From Cyanophora paradoxa CCMP329 (lineage: Eukaryota; Plantae; Glaucophyta): a DNA stretch of 64,000 nucleotides. Position numbers and translations under genes: made by a program. This document shows positions 1 through 9,800 of the stretch, in pieces. The DNA lies in assembly GCA_004431415.1 (NCBI GenBank), contig QPMI01000507.1, positions 243,777 to 307,776 of the forward strand, in the 5' to 3' direction. Numbering within the stretch: position 1 is the stretch's first letter; each line of letters starts with the position of its first letter. The notes below the pieces were generated by a model, which worked only from the letters and a program-made list of their open reading frames with translations, ran no database searches and was not told the DNA's origin.

Positions 1-150
1 GACTCCAACAAAACGGATTTGCCGGTCCTCAATAAATCAATCCTCCGGGTTGCCACTTCGCAGGCTGATCCAGTCAACTCGATTCCAAATGCTGCCCCAA
101 TGGTCTCAGGGTTTGCCAAGCTCGGTATTAAACCTGGATATCGCCGTTAA
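1..150 (+). CDS. 3' fragment of Lys-rich hypothetical protein (homolog of 27508-28284)
   Basis: Reads DSNKTDLPVLNKSILRVATSQADPVNSIPNAAPMVSGFAKLG after one indel, matching the C-terminus of 27508-28284. Confidence 0.7.
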   Translation, partial: DSNKTDLPVLNKSILRVATSQADPVNSIPNAAPMVSGFAKLGIKPGYRR

Positions 151-517
151 GGGACGGCTCACGCATCATTTCCGAATTAAAAAAATCTTGAACATTGTTA
201 GCGCTACGTAACCAATTCTTATCCCGTTGGCTCAAAACTTCTTCATTTTTATGGAGGCGTTGTAGAGCGAAGTGAAATATCCATAGGTAAATCACTTTAA
301 TCACCTGTTCTACTGGGTTCAGTGGTAGAAACTTGCAGCCGACAAGTGAACCTCTTTGGGTATCGGTGGCTTTATCATTTTTCCAGCATCTTCTTTCGTA
401 CTGGATGCAATGCGATTGGGACCAAAAATTGATTGGGTTCTCACAAAGAATATATACACGACATAAAAACTACTTAAAGATTTCTTAACTTATATTAAGA
501 GAGTAGAAAGGACAAGA

Positions 518-781
518 ATGACGATCACAGAAGCCCAAAAGAAAGCAACTTACCGCTACCGTAAAACAGAAAAGGGTATGTTAGCGCTTGCTAGGATTAA
601 TGAGAAACGCAATGCAAAATGGAGCGAACTCTATAACAATGATGAAGAATTCAGACAAGCTCACATAATGACTTCATGCAAGGCTCAATATGTAAATAAC
701 ACCATTCTCTATGTAAAGTATCTATTTGACGTTCCTCATACCAACCGTGGACGTCCATCAAAGTATGTTAATGCTTGTTAA
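518..781 (+). CDS. Small basic protein with C-terminal AT-hook-like RGRP
   Basis: 87 aa. Homologous to 28617-28874 (shared EAQK.ATYRYRKTEKG and NRGR.SKY). Upstream region conserved between copies. Confidence 0.75.
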   Translation: MTITEAQKKATYRYRKTEKGMLALARINEKRNAKWSELYNNDEEFRQAHIMTSCKAQYVNNTILYVKYLFDVPHTNRGRPSKYVNAC

Positions 782-1013
782 TCGTTTTTCTCAGCGCGAT
801 TGCTCTGAGAACCCGCGGAAACCGCGCTGGAAGCAAAACTATAAATCTTTCTGTTATTTTTAGAGTTCGATGATCGAGCCAACCCTTTGTTATTTTTATG
901 AATGCCCTCGACTAAATTTATTTTGTTGGAGACTTTTGGTTTTGTCGGTAAAATTTGACGCGAGTATAAAATGACTTAAGGAAATAAAATATAGAGTATA
1001 TATAAAAGTGAAA

Positions 1014-4000
1014 ATGCCTCGACCAAGTAATCGGATTTCGAAGAATTTGCAGGATGAGATTCTTGGTTACTACATGCAAGCAAAAGTAGAAGACAAATTG
1101 ACCCGAGAGCAGGATATCTATTTCTTGAGAGAATTTACTTTCAAAGCAATTAGAATTCCAAAGTTGATTGATATCAGAGATACACTGAGAGGTATCGTAG
1201 AGCCTCGTTTGTATCGCAAGCAGGAGAAGAAGGAGAAGAGGGCTGAGAGAGCCGCTAAGAATGTTGAGAAGCAGAACAAGAAAGCAGCCGAAGCAAAGAA
1301 GCGGAAGCGCTTTGATCGCAAGCAGAATAAGAAGGCTAAACGTTCCGCTCGTTCCCAGAAGAATGTGGAAAAGCAGCAAAGTAAGCAGTTCAAAGCGCTG
1401 GTAAGGAGAATCATAAGGGATATTGAGGCCCAGGATGGCGATACAGTCTCGCTTCGTGTGAGGTTTTACCGAATTCCTGAAGACTTCAATAACCTCCCAA
1501 ACAACTACGATGTTGTTATCCACGAAGACACACCTTACATTGAAACACAAAAATCCGGAAAACGCGCATTGATGCTTTCCTGCCCCAAGCAAGTGCTGGT
1601 GAGATTGCTTGAACAGGTGCAAGAGGACTTTAATAACTTCCTTGCATTGTGGACTCTGAACGAAATTGCTTCCTTCCTGATTTCTATTGGGCAAAGCAAC
1701 CCTCGCAATCGAGACTATCAATTCGTTAAGGTTTTCACGAATGATGCGCCCAATGGATCAGACATCAAGTATCCAGAGGTGATGACAATCGAGGAGATTA
1801 TTGTCAGCGATAACAAAACAGTATACCCTTTGAATGAACGAGTTCTGCGAGATGGGCAGGCTCCAAAAATCGTTTCTCGTTTCGTGAAATACACCCTCAA
1901 TGGTCAGGCTAAGTGTGTGATGGACCAAATATGTCCCGATGATTCACTTACCATCAAAGATTGTTTAATCGAAGCATTACATCAGGTTCTATGCAAAGGG
2001 TTTGAGTATGCCCGCAGCATCAAGAAGTATAAGAAGGTCAACTACTCCAAAGACTGGCTCTTTGCTCAGATCAAGGGATATGAACCTAAGCCTGATTCCG
2101 ATTGGGGAGTGAGTTTTGATGAGCTTCTTCCTTTCTTGAAAAAGTGGCGCATCAGGTTCATTGCAATTGGAAAGGATGACAAGGTTATTCATACTCTTTC
2201 CTTCAAACCGAATCGAACCAACTCTCACTTAGTTCCCGCAAGTGTTTACGTGCAGATTGCAAACGACCACGTTTATGTATTAAATAAGGATCTCAGTAAA
2301 CTGGTTCGTTCTTTCAATGGAACTGGCGCCCGTGAAACCAAGAAGAGTATGGGTTCAGCAGCCATGAAATACAAGATCAAAACACAGTTCAACGATAACA
2401 GCTTCTTTGCTTACAGCGAGGAGGATATCATCAAGATCATTGCCAGAGAGAAAGATAGTAGTTCTGAAAAAATTAAGATCACATACAACAAGCCACTACT
2501 TGAGTTGTTGGGAAGCTTCCGAAAGGCTAATCACGAGGTTCACACTTCCATTACTGATGAGGGAACAATAACCTACATTCACTACACAATAGAGGATAAA
2601 GATGTAATTATCCTTCCACCAGGCAACATGGTGGATATGGAAAATATTGATGTGAACCTTGCAGATGATGCGCATCGCAAGTTGTTTGATGAGATGAGTC
2701 AGATGATGTATAGGGCGCTTATCAACAAACCCTACAAGAGCAAATATAATCCAGAAACATATGCAGCATTTACTAAAGGGCAACAGAGTGCATTGACTGG
2801 GTTCTTTGGATCTGCCTCTGAGGTCCGAACAATGGTAGAGAACATTGCCTATGGATCCATTGATACTCACAAGCTCGACATTTCCAAAGCATACACACAC
2901 ATCGTTTCGAAAGTGCTTAAGGTGTTTCCAGTTTTCAGTTCATTTGATAGATTCGAAAAAGTCAAAGTGTCTTGCAGCTCGGACATCGAAGACAATTCGT
3001 TCTATTCCGTGAAAGTGAAAGCCAAACACTTCAAAGCATTCAGAAATTATGGTGAGGCGAATACCTTGAATCAATACAAGAGGATTCTCGTCGATTCAAA
3101 GTATAACCTGATGTATGGTGAGGTTTTGAAAGAGTTTTACGAGGATATTAAGGATGACATCAGCATTGAGGCAGTTCTAAGACCTTATCGGATTGCCGAG
3201 AATGTCACCTTGCAGGCTTTCAAGCAGTTGTATGCAAGTCAGCTTTCGACCAAGGAGAAGAAAGACATTGCCAACCATCACATTGGTCTATTTGGTAAGA
3301 AGTCCCAGCGAAAAGCAACCACCTACACCTTTTTCAATAAAAATGATGCTCTGAATTTCATTGAAGAGAATGGAGGGACCCTGAAGTTTATAAGTTTCGA
3401 TCAAGAGAAGCCAACACACACATCAGTTAAGAATGAGAAGGACATTAAATCGCCCATGATTTGGTATGTGAACCAGGAAGAACAAGAACGGGCTTTCATT
3501 GATGGTTTCCTGCCAATGCAGTGCGTGATTTACTCCACCATGCGAGGCATCATGTATCGCCTATGCAAGAAATTGCTCTCTGAGGGAGTGGGAGTCCTTG
3601 CAATCAAGACCGATGAGCTGACAATCGATAGACCATATCCATTCGAGCAGTTTGACCGAAACCTATTCGAGAACACTGGAAAGTTTGATGTGAAGCCAGC
3701 AAACATGAACTCGATAACCCACAGTAAGAGGACTTCCAAAAAACCAAAGAGCCACATGATCACATTTGATCGACTCAAAACTCGTTCCAAACCTTTCATC
3801 AATGTTGAAAAGATTGTTCACAAGGTTCACAAGTTCCAGGATGAGTATGACCTCCCAGCAATCGTAAATGCTTTGGATGGGCAAGGTAATGTGCTGATTA
3901 AAGGAGTGAAACCGGGAACTGGTAAGACTACTTTGGCAAAGGCAATGGCCAAGAAGTATGGTAAGAAATGCTTGTTCGTTGCGCCTACTAATAAGAGATG

Positions 4001-5198
4001 CAAGGATTTGCGAATGGAACTAAAAGCAGAGTGGGGGCAGGATGCTCCTGAGGTGATGACTATTTATCGAGCCTTGAATTTGAATGTTGATGATGAGAGA
4101 ATGAAGGGAAATGTTGGGAAGAAGGTTTCGGAATTATCTAAGTACGATTGCTTTGTTATTGATGAGATCTACCAGTTTGAGATTAGGGAATTGGAATCTC
4201 TGTGCGATGTGATGACTGTGCAGTTCCCAGACAAACTCTACATCGCAACAGGCGACCCCTACCAGAACCCACCCATCCAATTCATAACAGTCAATCAACG
4301 AGATTACTACAACAAGATCTTCGATAGACTTTTCAAGAACGAGGTTTACCTGCAGGTTGGAAAGCGTCATAAACTGGCTGCAGATCAGAAGAAATTTGAC
4401 CAGTTATGGGAGGACTTATTCAGGACTGAACTACCAGTTTCTATTGCTGCCAGACGATTGGGCTTGAAAGTAGTTGATACATTGGAGAAGGGTGATATCT
4501 CAGTATGCAATTCAAACCGCAAGTGTGCAGAGGTGAACAACAAAATGCATAAAATGATTCATGGAGAGGATCCTGTATATAAGACAGGTGTGGAGCTGAT
4601 TGCAAAGGTGCGAATGACAACAAGTGAGGGCATCATTCAGCGGGGCTTTGTTTACGAAGTGGTCGAATACAAAGCCAAGGAAATTCTCACTCTCAAAGAC
4701 ATTGATTCGGGTGAAGTGCATACTCTAAAAAGCGAAGATATCAAGTATTTCGCATTGACCCATGCTTTCACCTGTCACATCATTCAGGGTGACACAATCA
4801 GGGATTCTCGTGTTGTAATTCACGAGACTGGGTCCCCATATGTTACTGCTGAGTGGTTCTATGTTGCAGCAACTCGAACCCAGAATCTCTCGGATACTGT
4901 GATTTTCGTTGATAAATCCGAGGCAGCCACAATGGTGAAAACGAAGGAGGATCAAGCTCAGAAAATCGATTCCTACAAATCCCAAGACAAACAAGCCAAT
5001 CGGGAGTTCTCCTTGGCAGAGTATGTTGATTGGGACTGGTTCAAAAAGCAGTATGGGAAGCAATTGGGGCGATGCAGAAGGTGCTTTGATATTATGGATT
5101 TCGAAGAAGCCACTGTTGATCGGGAGAACAATGCTATCGCTCACATTTCTCGAAACTGTTTCTTGTCACATTGTAGGTGTAACTGTTCAGCCCAGTAA
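1014..5198 (+). CDS. PolB-like / SF1 helicase / HNH-like Zn domain fusion
   Basis: PolB-like motifs DISKAY, KKDIANHHIG and KTDE. Helicase motifs GTGKTT, DEIY, TGDPYQNPP, TCHIIQGDT and YVAATR. C-terminal CxxC...VDRENN..H..NC...CNC. Confidence 0.85.
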   Translation: MPRPSNRISKNLQDEILGYYMQAKVEDKLTREQDIYFLREFTFKAIRIPKLIDIRDTLRGIVEPRLYRKQEKKEKRAERAAKNVEKQNKKAAEAKKRKRFDRKQNKKAKRSARSQKNVEKQQSKQFKALVRRIIRDIEAQDGDTVSLRVRFYRIPEDFNNLPNNYDVVIHEDTPYIETQKSGKRALMLSCPKQVLVRLLEQVQEDFNNFLALWTLNEIASFLISIGQSNPRNRDYQFVKVFTNDAPNGSDIKYPEVMTIEEIIVSDNKTVYPLNERVLRDGQAPKIVSRFVKYTLNGQAKCVMDQICPDDSLTIKDCLIEALHQVLCKGFEYARSIKKYKKVNYSKDWLFAQIKGYEPKPDSDWGVSFDELLPFLKKWRIRFIAIGKDDKVIHTLSFKPNRTNSHLVPASVYVQIANDHVYVLNKDLSKLVRSFNGTGARETKKSMGSAAMKYKIKTQFNDNSFFAYSEEDIIKIIAREKDSSSEKIKITYNKPLLELLGSFRKANHEVHTSITDEGTITYIHYTIEDKDVIILPPGNMVDMENIDVNLADDAHRKLFDEMSQMMYRALINKPYKSKYNPETYAAFTKGQQSALTGFFGSASEVRTMVENIAYGSIDTHKLDISKAYTHIVSKVLKVFPVFSSFDRFEKVKVSCSSDIEDNSFYSVKVKAKHFKAFRNYGEANTLNQYKRILVDSKYNLMYGEVLKEFYEDIKDDISIEAVLRPYRIAENVTLQAFKQLYASQLSTKEKKDIANHHIGLFGKKSQRKATTYTFFNKNDALNFIEENGGTLKFISFDQEKPTHTSVKNEKDIKSPMIWYVNQEEQERAFIDGFLPMQCVIYSTMRGIMYRLCKKLLSEGVGVLAIKTDELTIDRPYPFEQFDRNLFENTGKFDVKPANMNSITHSKRTSKKPKSHMITFDRLKTRSKPFINVEKIVHKVHKFQDEYDLPAIVNALDGQGNVLIKGVKPGTGKTTLAKAMAKKYGKKCLFVAPTNKRCKDLRMELKAEWGQDAPEVMTIYRALNLNVDDERMKGNVGKKVSELSKYDCFVIDEIYQFEIRELESLCDVMTVQFPDKLYIATGDPYQNPPIQFITVNQRDYYNKIFDRLFKNEVYLQVGKRHKLAADQKKFDQLWEDLFRTELPVSIAARRLGLKVVDTLEKGDISVCNSNRKCAEVNNKMHKMIHGEDPVYKTGVELIAKVRMTTSEGIIQRGFVYEVVEYKAKEILTLKDIDSGEVHTLKSEDIKYFALTHAFTCHIIQGDTIRDSRVVIHETGSPYVTAEWFYVAATRTQNLSDTVIFVDKSEAATMVKTKEDQAQKIDSYKSQDKQANREFSLAEYVDWDWFKKQYGKQLGRCRRCFDIMDFEEATVDRENNAIAHISRNCFLSHCRCNCSAQ

Positions 5199-6255
5199 TG
5201 GAGAATATTCTATCATACAAAAAATACAAACAGAAGCTCATTAGTGAAGGGAAGGAATTTGATGAGGCGGAACTGAGAAACAAGTATAAGAATTCCGAAC
5301 TGCATCAAATTTTCAAGAAGCCTAGGAAAAAGACTACGTTTTTAAGAATAGTTGCCCAGCCATACTCATTTCAGGTTGATGTCATGTTTTTCAGAAAGTT
5401 TAAGACAGCAAATTATGGATACATTAAAGCGCTTAGTTTCATTGACATTCTAAGTAGAAAGGCATTTGTGTATGCTTTCAAGACCAGCGAAGAGATTCCG
5501 GGAATACTTAATAAATTCAAGGGCGAAGCAGGTAAGGTTGTAGGATTGGCAGGGGATAATGAGTTTTCCAGTGCGGTTTATCGAACTTGGTGCAGTGAAA
5601 ATGGTGTCGAATTGTATACAGATGTTGCGAAAGAAGATCACATTTCTGCTGGGAATAAACTTGGGATAATCGATCGATTCACTCGAACCTTCAAACAATA
5701 CATGAACAAACTCATGGTCTCGAGGAATACTTCGAAGTGGGTCGAATTAATCCCAGATGTGCTAAAGGCTTACAATAACTCGCCTCATTCATCACTGAAC
5801 AATGATTCCCCAAACCAAGTGTTTGCAAGTCCACAGAAGCAAATGTTTATTTTCCTAAAAACCACCAAGCATAACATGGATGTTAAAGAGAATCAACCCG
5901 ATAAAATCAAACCAGGAGATACTGTAAGAGTTTTAGAGGAGAGAGGTGCATTCTCAAAGGAAGGCCCAGGTTCAGTCAGAAGATTTACAAAGTAGCTGGG
6001 AAAGATGCTAATCGATTCAAGGTGCTTGAAGATAATGGAGATGATGCAGAGGAATTAAAGAGACGTTTTAAGCAACAAGAGTTACAGAAAGTGAAACGAG
6101 ATGAGATAATGAAAATTCCACAGCAAATGAGGATTCAAGCTGTAAAGAAAACAAACACAGTGAATCGAAAAGTTGCAAAAGAGGGAATCAAACCAAATCG
6201 CAGCAAAGTTGTTAGAAAAAGGTATCAATTAAGAAGCGGATTAACTAAAAGGTAG
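5198..6255 (+). CDS. rve-type (Polinton-like) integrase, one frameshift near 5970
   Basis: FQVD, IDILSRKAF, GDNEF, IIDRFTRTFK, YNNSPHSS and KPGDTVRV. Joins ORFs 5198-5995 and 6022-6255. Colinear with 58025-59082. Confidence 0.85.
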
Positions 6256-6571
6256 TTGGGTGTAATGCATATAACTTCGATTGATTAGATTTTAGATATA
6301 ACTTCGATTAAATAAAATAGATTGTGACTGAGGCTTACTGAGATTTACTGAGATTGGGGATTGGGTTACTGGGAATCATGCGGATATTGCTTGAAGGGGC
6401 AAATTATATTGGGGTAATTTTTGGGTGTAATGCATATAACTTCGATTAAATAAAATAGATTGTGACTGAGGCTTACTGAGATTTACTGAGATTGGGGATT
6501 GGGTTACTGGGAATCATGCGGATATTGCTTGAAGGGGCAAATTATATTGGGGTAATTTTTGGGTGTAATGC
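6256..6571. repeat. Terminal repeat block of A1 (~138-bp tandem unit)
   Basis: Unit repeated from 6298 at 6436. ATAACTTCGATT at 6271, 6298 and 6436. GGGTGTAATGC three times. TTACTG runs. Confidence 0.85.
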
Positions 6572-9500
6572 TCACAGCTCAGCTGCTGTGTATGCATTTG
6601 CAAACACAATAGGAGCTGTTGCTGGATTTCCTGTTGAAGACCCTGTGATTGCCCCATACTTATTCGCGAGGTAACTATACAATTCCTGTGTTACAGGCGG
6701 ATTACTCACAGATCGACACACCCAAATATTGCATGTGGTATCATAGACCGTGTCCCTGATGAAAGGCGGTAGAGCTGTCCCACTGAATGACTCAAAGAGC
6801 CCATTTCGCGATAGCAACCTATGCCCTGCATCACAGTTACCACCCTCAAAGTACTTCGAAGCTGAAATCGCGCCCTGCACATAAATATTGCATGTCGTGT
6901 GCATTCCAATGTTATTTAGGTTAGGAGTGTATCTGTCATCGAGCCGGACAGTGCACACCCATGGGGAAGCGGTTTTAATATATTTCTTATCGCCTGCTGT
7001 GATCACATCAGTGTTTGGGTGGCTTTCGATTTGGGTAGCAATAGACTCATATTTGTAAGAGTAATAAACTAAGAGACCATCTGTGGAGGATGTAAAATAA
7101 AAGAAGTCTCTCATGAAGTCTGTGGATCCAAAGAAGTCAGCATTGGTCGATGTTAGGGTGACTTTGGGATAGCTCATGCTGACAGTCTCAGAAGGATATG
7201 GAATATAAGAGGTGTAATAGCGATTTAACAGATAATAGTAAAATCCATCTGAGACATTCGAATGAGTGGGCAAGGTGACTGTTAAGGTCTTACTGCGATC
7301 CTCAAACGTGTTCTGTATGACGATGTTGCAAGTATTAATGTATCGAGAATCGAAAAAGTAATTATTCGAGATCAGAGTCGCATTGGTTCCATTAAATACG
7401 AAATTCTGCCCATTTATTCTCGTAGTATGGAGGTCGGTCACATCGAGAGGATACCTAATTTTCAAGCGATCTTCGGGGTCGAATCGTGGTATAGTTCCTG
7501 TTGCCTTCCAACTAATAGTAAAAGGAGGAACAAGGGACACTGCTGGGATAACAGAAAGATTGAATTTTGCAAAATACAATCCAACAGGATACCCTGACAG
7601 AGCATAGGTCACAGTTGCATTTCCGACAAGTGTAAAGCCGGTTGTTGTTATATTTGTGGCGACGAATGGAGAGTAGCCTGCTGGTGCATTTTGAAGTGAT
7701 GTAGTTGACCCATCATTGACCACATACAAATTTGTGTCAGTTATTTCAATAGTAGGAGGGGAGACAAATGGAGTCTCAAATGTGAAGTTAAAGTTTGCTG
7801 GAACCCCTGCAAGGTATCTATATGTTGTTGCTGATATATCGGATGCCTGGATTACTTTGCTTCCCCTCTGCACTACATTACTTGTGTCTTTCACATTGTG
7901 GTATGAGATGCTGGGAGTCGGGGAGAGCACCAACGAAATAGCATCTGGTAAATCAGACTTTGTTATATACAGCTCTTTAAGATACTCCTTTTTGAAAGGG
8001 GCGGTCAGTTCTCCTATTGTAGAAAACGACCCTGCACTCACAATATTACAGGTGTTTGTATTCAAAGAATAAGATGTGTTCCACCTTAAAGAATTCGCCC
8101 CAAGATCGAAACCCTGTGCAAAGGGAACGATATTGCTCCCTTGTAAATCTCGGTAAACCTTCACTCTGGGTTTGCTATCGAATTCAGGGGTGATATAATT
8201 GATGGTAAGAGTGAAACTAATAGTAGCTTCGGAACTCAATGAGTTGTTTCGGATGATAAGTAAATTGTATGTCTCGTTAATGACAAACGAGACCTGAAAC
8301 CCTGTGGAGGTGACATTTTGGATAAACGCTTTATTAGATTCATTATTGTTAGTGATAGGATTATAATAAGTAGTGTGATCCACCAATGAAACAGTGGGTA
8401 TAGTCGTCTCGAAACCTGTGACACCCAACTGATCCCAAGTGAATGTATATGTAGGTTTGCCTACGTAAGCGACATAGACCCCATTTGCGAGCTGCTGAGG
8501 GTATCCCTCGACAGTGTAGGTCTCAGTTTGCGAAACCGAGCGGGAAAGGTTACTATTATAGTCGGTGTAGCTGATCAGTGCATTATCATTGGTAAGAATC
8601 TGATTAGGTCGGAGTGAGTGATTTAATGGAAGGATTAAATTGGAGGCAAACATGGAAACTCCATGCACCTCTGACCATCTCAGATTCGAGAGACCAACTC
8701 GGTATGTGTTATCGATAGAAGGGTAAATGTTCCTTTTTGAGAGAATGTGAGCCAAAGAAATTGCAAGCGCTCCATCTGCTGCAAACAGTGCATTAATTTC
8801 GGATTGCAAAGCGGCGATTTCGGTAGTGTGGGTCGTGAGGGTTCCATCCTGGCTGGAATCTTTGGTGTTCTTGCTCCTCTCGAACTCCAAAAACGCCTTT
8901 ACGATGTCCTTGCCCAAAAGATCGTTTATATTGTCTCTGGTAATGTGAACATGGTCTGTTCTCAGTGCCTGTTTCTCTGTGGTAAAAGCTGGAATTTCCT
9001 CTGCAAATGATATAGTCGTTTTATCAAGTGCTAAGGATCTCACATTCGGAGCATTGGCGCCAATTATATCCACAACGTCCCCATTTTCGACAATTTCTAA
9101 GGTCGGTTTCGCGGGGTCTAATGTGAAAACGCCCTCTGTTATCTGGGGAACCGATTCGCTCTTCTGAATCACAAAGGATTCGATGTTTAGGTTACAGGTT
9201 GCGACATTGGTGGCGAAAAACGACTCGGAGTTAAGCGAGTTTACGTTCAGGGTATCCGTAGTGATGTTACTTGCTGTAATATTACTCGTCGTAAGATTAC
9301 CTGCTGAGAGATCATGAACGACCTCTACCTTTGTTTTCCGTGTGGATACTCCCGCTATAAGTGTGCTATTATCCACGATTCTCATAGCTGCATTTTGGAA
9401 ACCGCTCTCATCTTGAATGGAGAAGTTTAAGCGACCTCTATCGAATGCTTTTGGGATGTTCCTACGATTATATCGCACCGTTTTCGGTAGCTGGCGGGTT

Positions 9501-9757
9501 GCCTGAATGCTGGCGACTCGGTTTCGCTCGTTATCATCAAGTAAAAAGTCGATTCCAAGTTTATGATCCCCTTTCTCGACGTTCATTAACTGCAAAGCTG
9601 CGGGTCTGCTCGGTGTTCCACTAACTGGGTCTTCTCGGTCTGCATTGTAGTTTATCCTCAGAGACCCCCGAATTTCGGTGTTCACTTGATCAGTGTCTTC
9701 TATCTGCGTGGTAGAGTTAATAACTCGTGCATCGGGTCTCGGATTCAAAAACGACAT
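6572..9757 (-). CDS. Large fibre/virion-surface-like protein
   Basis: Probable start MSFLNP at 9757. Contains a coiled coil, fibre-type motifs (NIYPSIDNTYRVGLSNLRW, NIVPFAQGFDLGANSLRW), two lectin-like F..P.V...N.T.TGF modules and repeated TCNI. Function inferred. Confidence 0.65.
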   Translation of the reverse strand: MSFLNPRPDARVINSTTQIEDTDQVNTEIRGSLRINYNADREDPVSGTPSRPAALQLMNVEKGDHKLGIDFLLDDNERNRVASIQATRQLPKTVRYNRRNIPKAFDRGRLNFSIQDESGFQNAAMRIVDNSTLIAGVSTRKTKVEVVHDLSAGNLTTSNITASNITTDTLNVNSLNSESFFATNVATCNLNIESFVIQKSESVPQITEGVFTLDPAKPTLEIVENGDVVDIIGANAPNVRSLALDKTTISFAEEIPAFTTEKQALRTDHVHITRDNINDLLGKDIVKAFLEFERSKNTKDSSQDGTLTTHTTEIAALQSEINALFAADGALAISLAHILSKRNIYPSIDNTYRVGLSNLRWSEVHGVSMFASNLILPLNHSLRPNQILTNDNALISYTDYNSNLSRSVSQTETYTVEGYPQQLANGVYVAYVGKPTYTFTWDQLGVTGFETTIPTVSLVDHTTYYNPITNNNESNKAFIQNVTSTGFQVSFVINETYNLLIIRNNSLSSEATISFTLTINYITPEFDSKPRVKVYRDLQGSNIVPFAQGFDLGANSLRWNTSYSLNTNTCNIVSAGSFSTIGELTAPFKKEYLKELYITKSDLPDAISLVLSPTPSISYHNVKDTSNVVQRGSKVIQASDISATTYRYLAGVPANFNFTFETPFVSPPTIEITDTNLYVVNDGSTTSLQNAPAGYSPFVATNITTTGFTLVGNATVTYALSGYPVGLYFAKFNLSVIPAVSLVPPFTISWKATGTIPRFDPEDRLKIRYPLDVTDLHTTRINGQNFVFNGTNATLISNNYFFDSRYINTCNIVIQNTFEDRSKTLTVTLPTHSNVSDGFYYYLLNRYYTSYIPYPSETVSMSYPKVTLTSTNADFFGSTDFMRDFFYFTSSTDGLLVYYSYKYESIATQIESHPNTDVITAGDKKYIKTASPWVCTVRLDDRYTPNLNNIGMHTTCNIYVQGAISASKYFEGGNCDAGHRLLSRNGLFESFSGTALPPFIRDTVYDTTCNIWVCRSVSNPPVTQELYSYLANKYGAITGSSTGNPATAPIVFANAYTAAEL

Positions 9758-9800
9758 CCTCTTTATAAACAAAGAAGATATATTAGAAGTATATAAGATA

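Larger units (their letters stand above)
1..6571 (+). mobile_element. Family A PLV copy A1 (right part; left end outside window)
   Basis: 1-1285 largely matches 28120-29387. Gene order matches A2 (small ORF, Pol-helicase, integrase, terminal repeat block). Ends abruptly at ...GGGTGTAATGC (6571) against family B sequence. Confidence 0.8.

Noticed and set aside
918-1721. Long antisense ORFs over Pol-helicase starts (also 17492-17872, 29220-29744, 48140-48613)
   Set aside because: These are shadows of K/R/E-rich sense coding with no motifs of their own.
6256-6571. CRISPR array or engineered loxP vector contamination
   Set aside because: Units are whole tandem duplications with no unique spacers. 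Sites deviate from loxP and no vector sequence is present.
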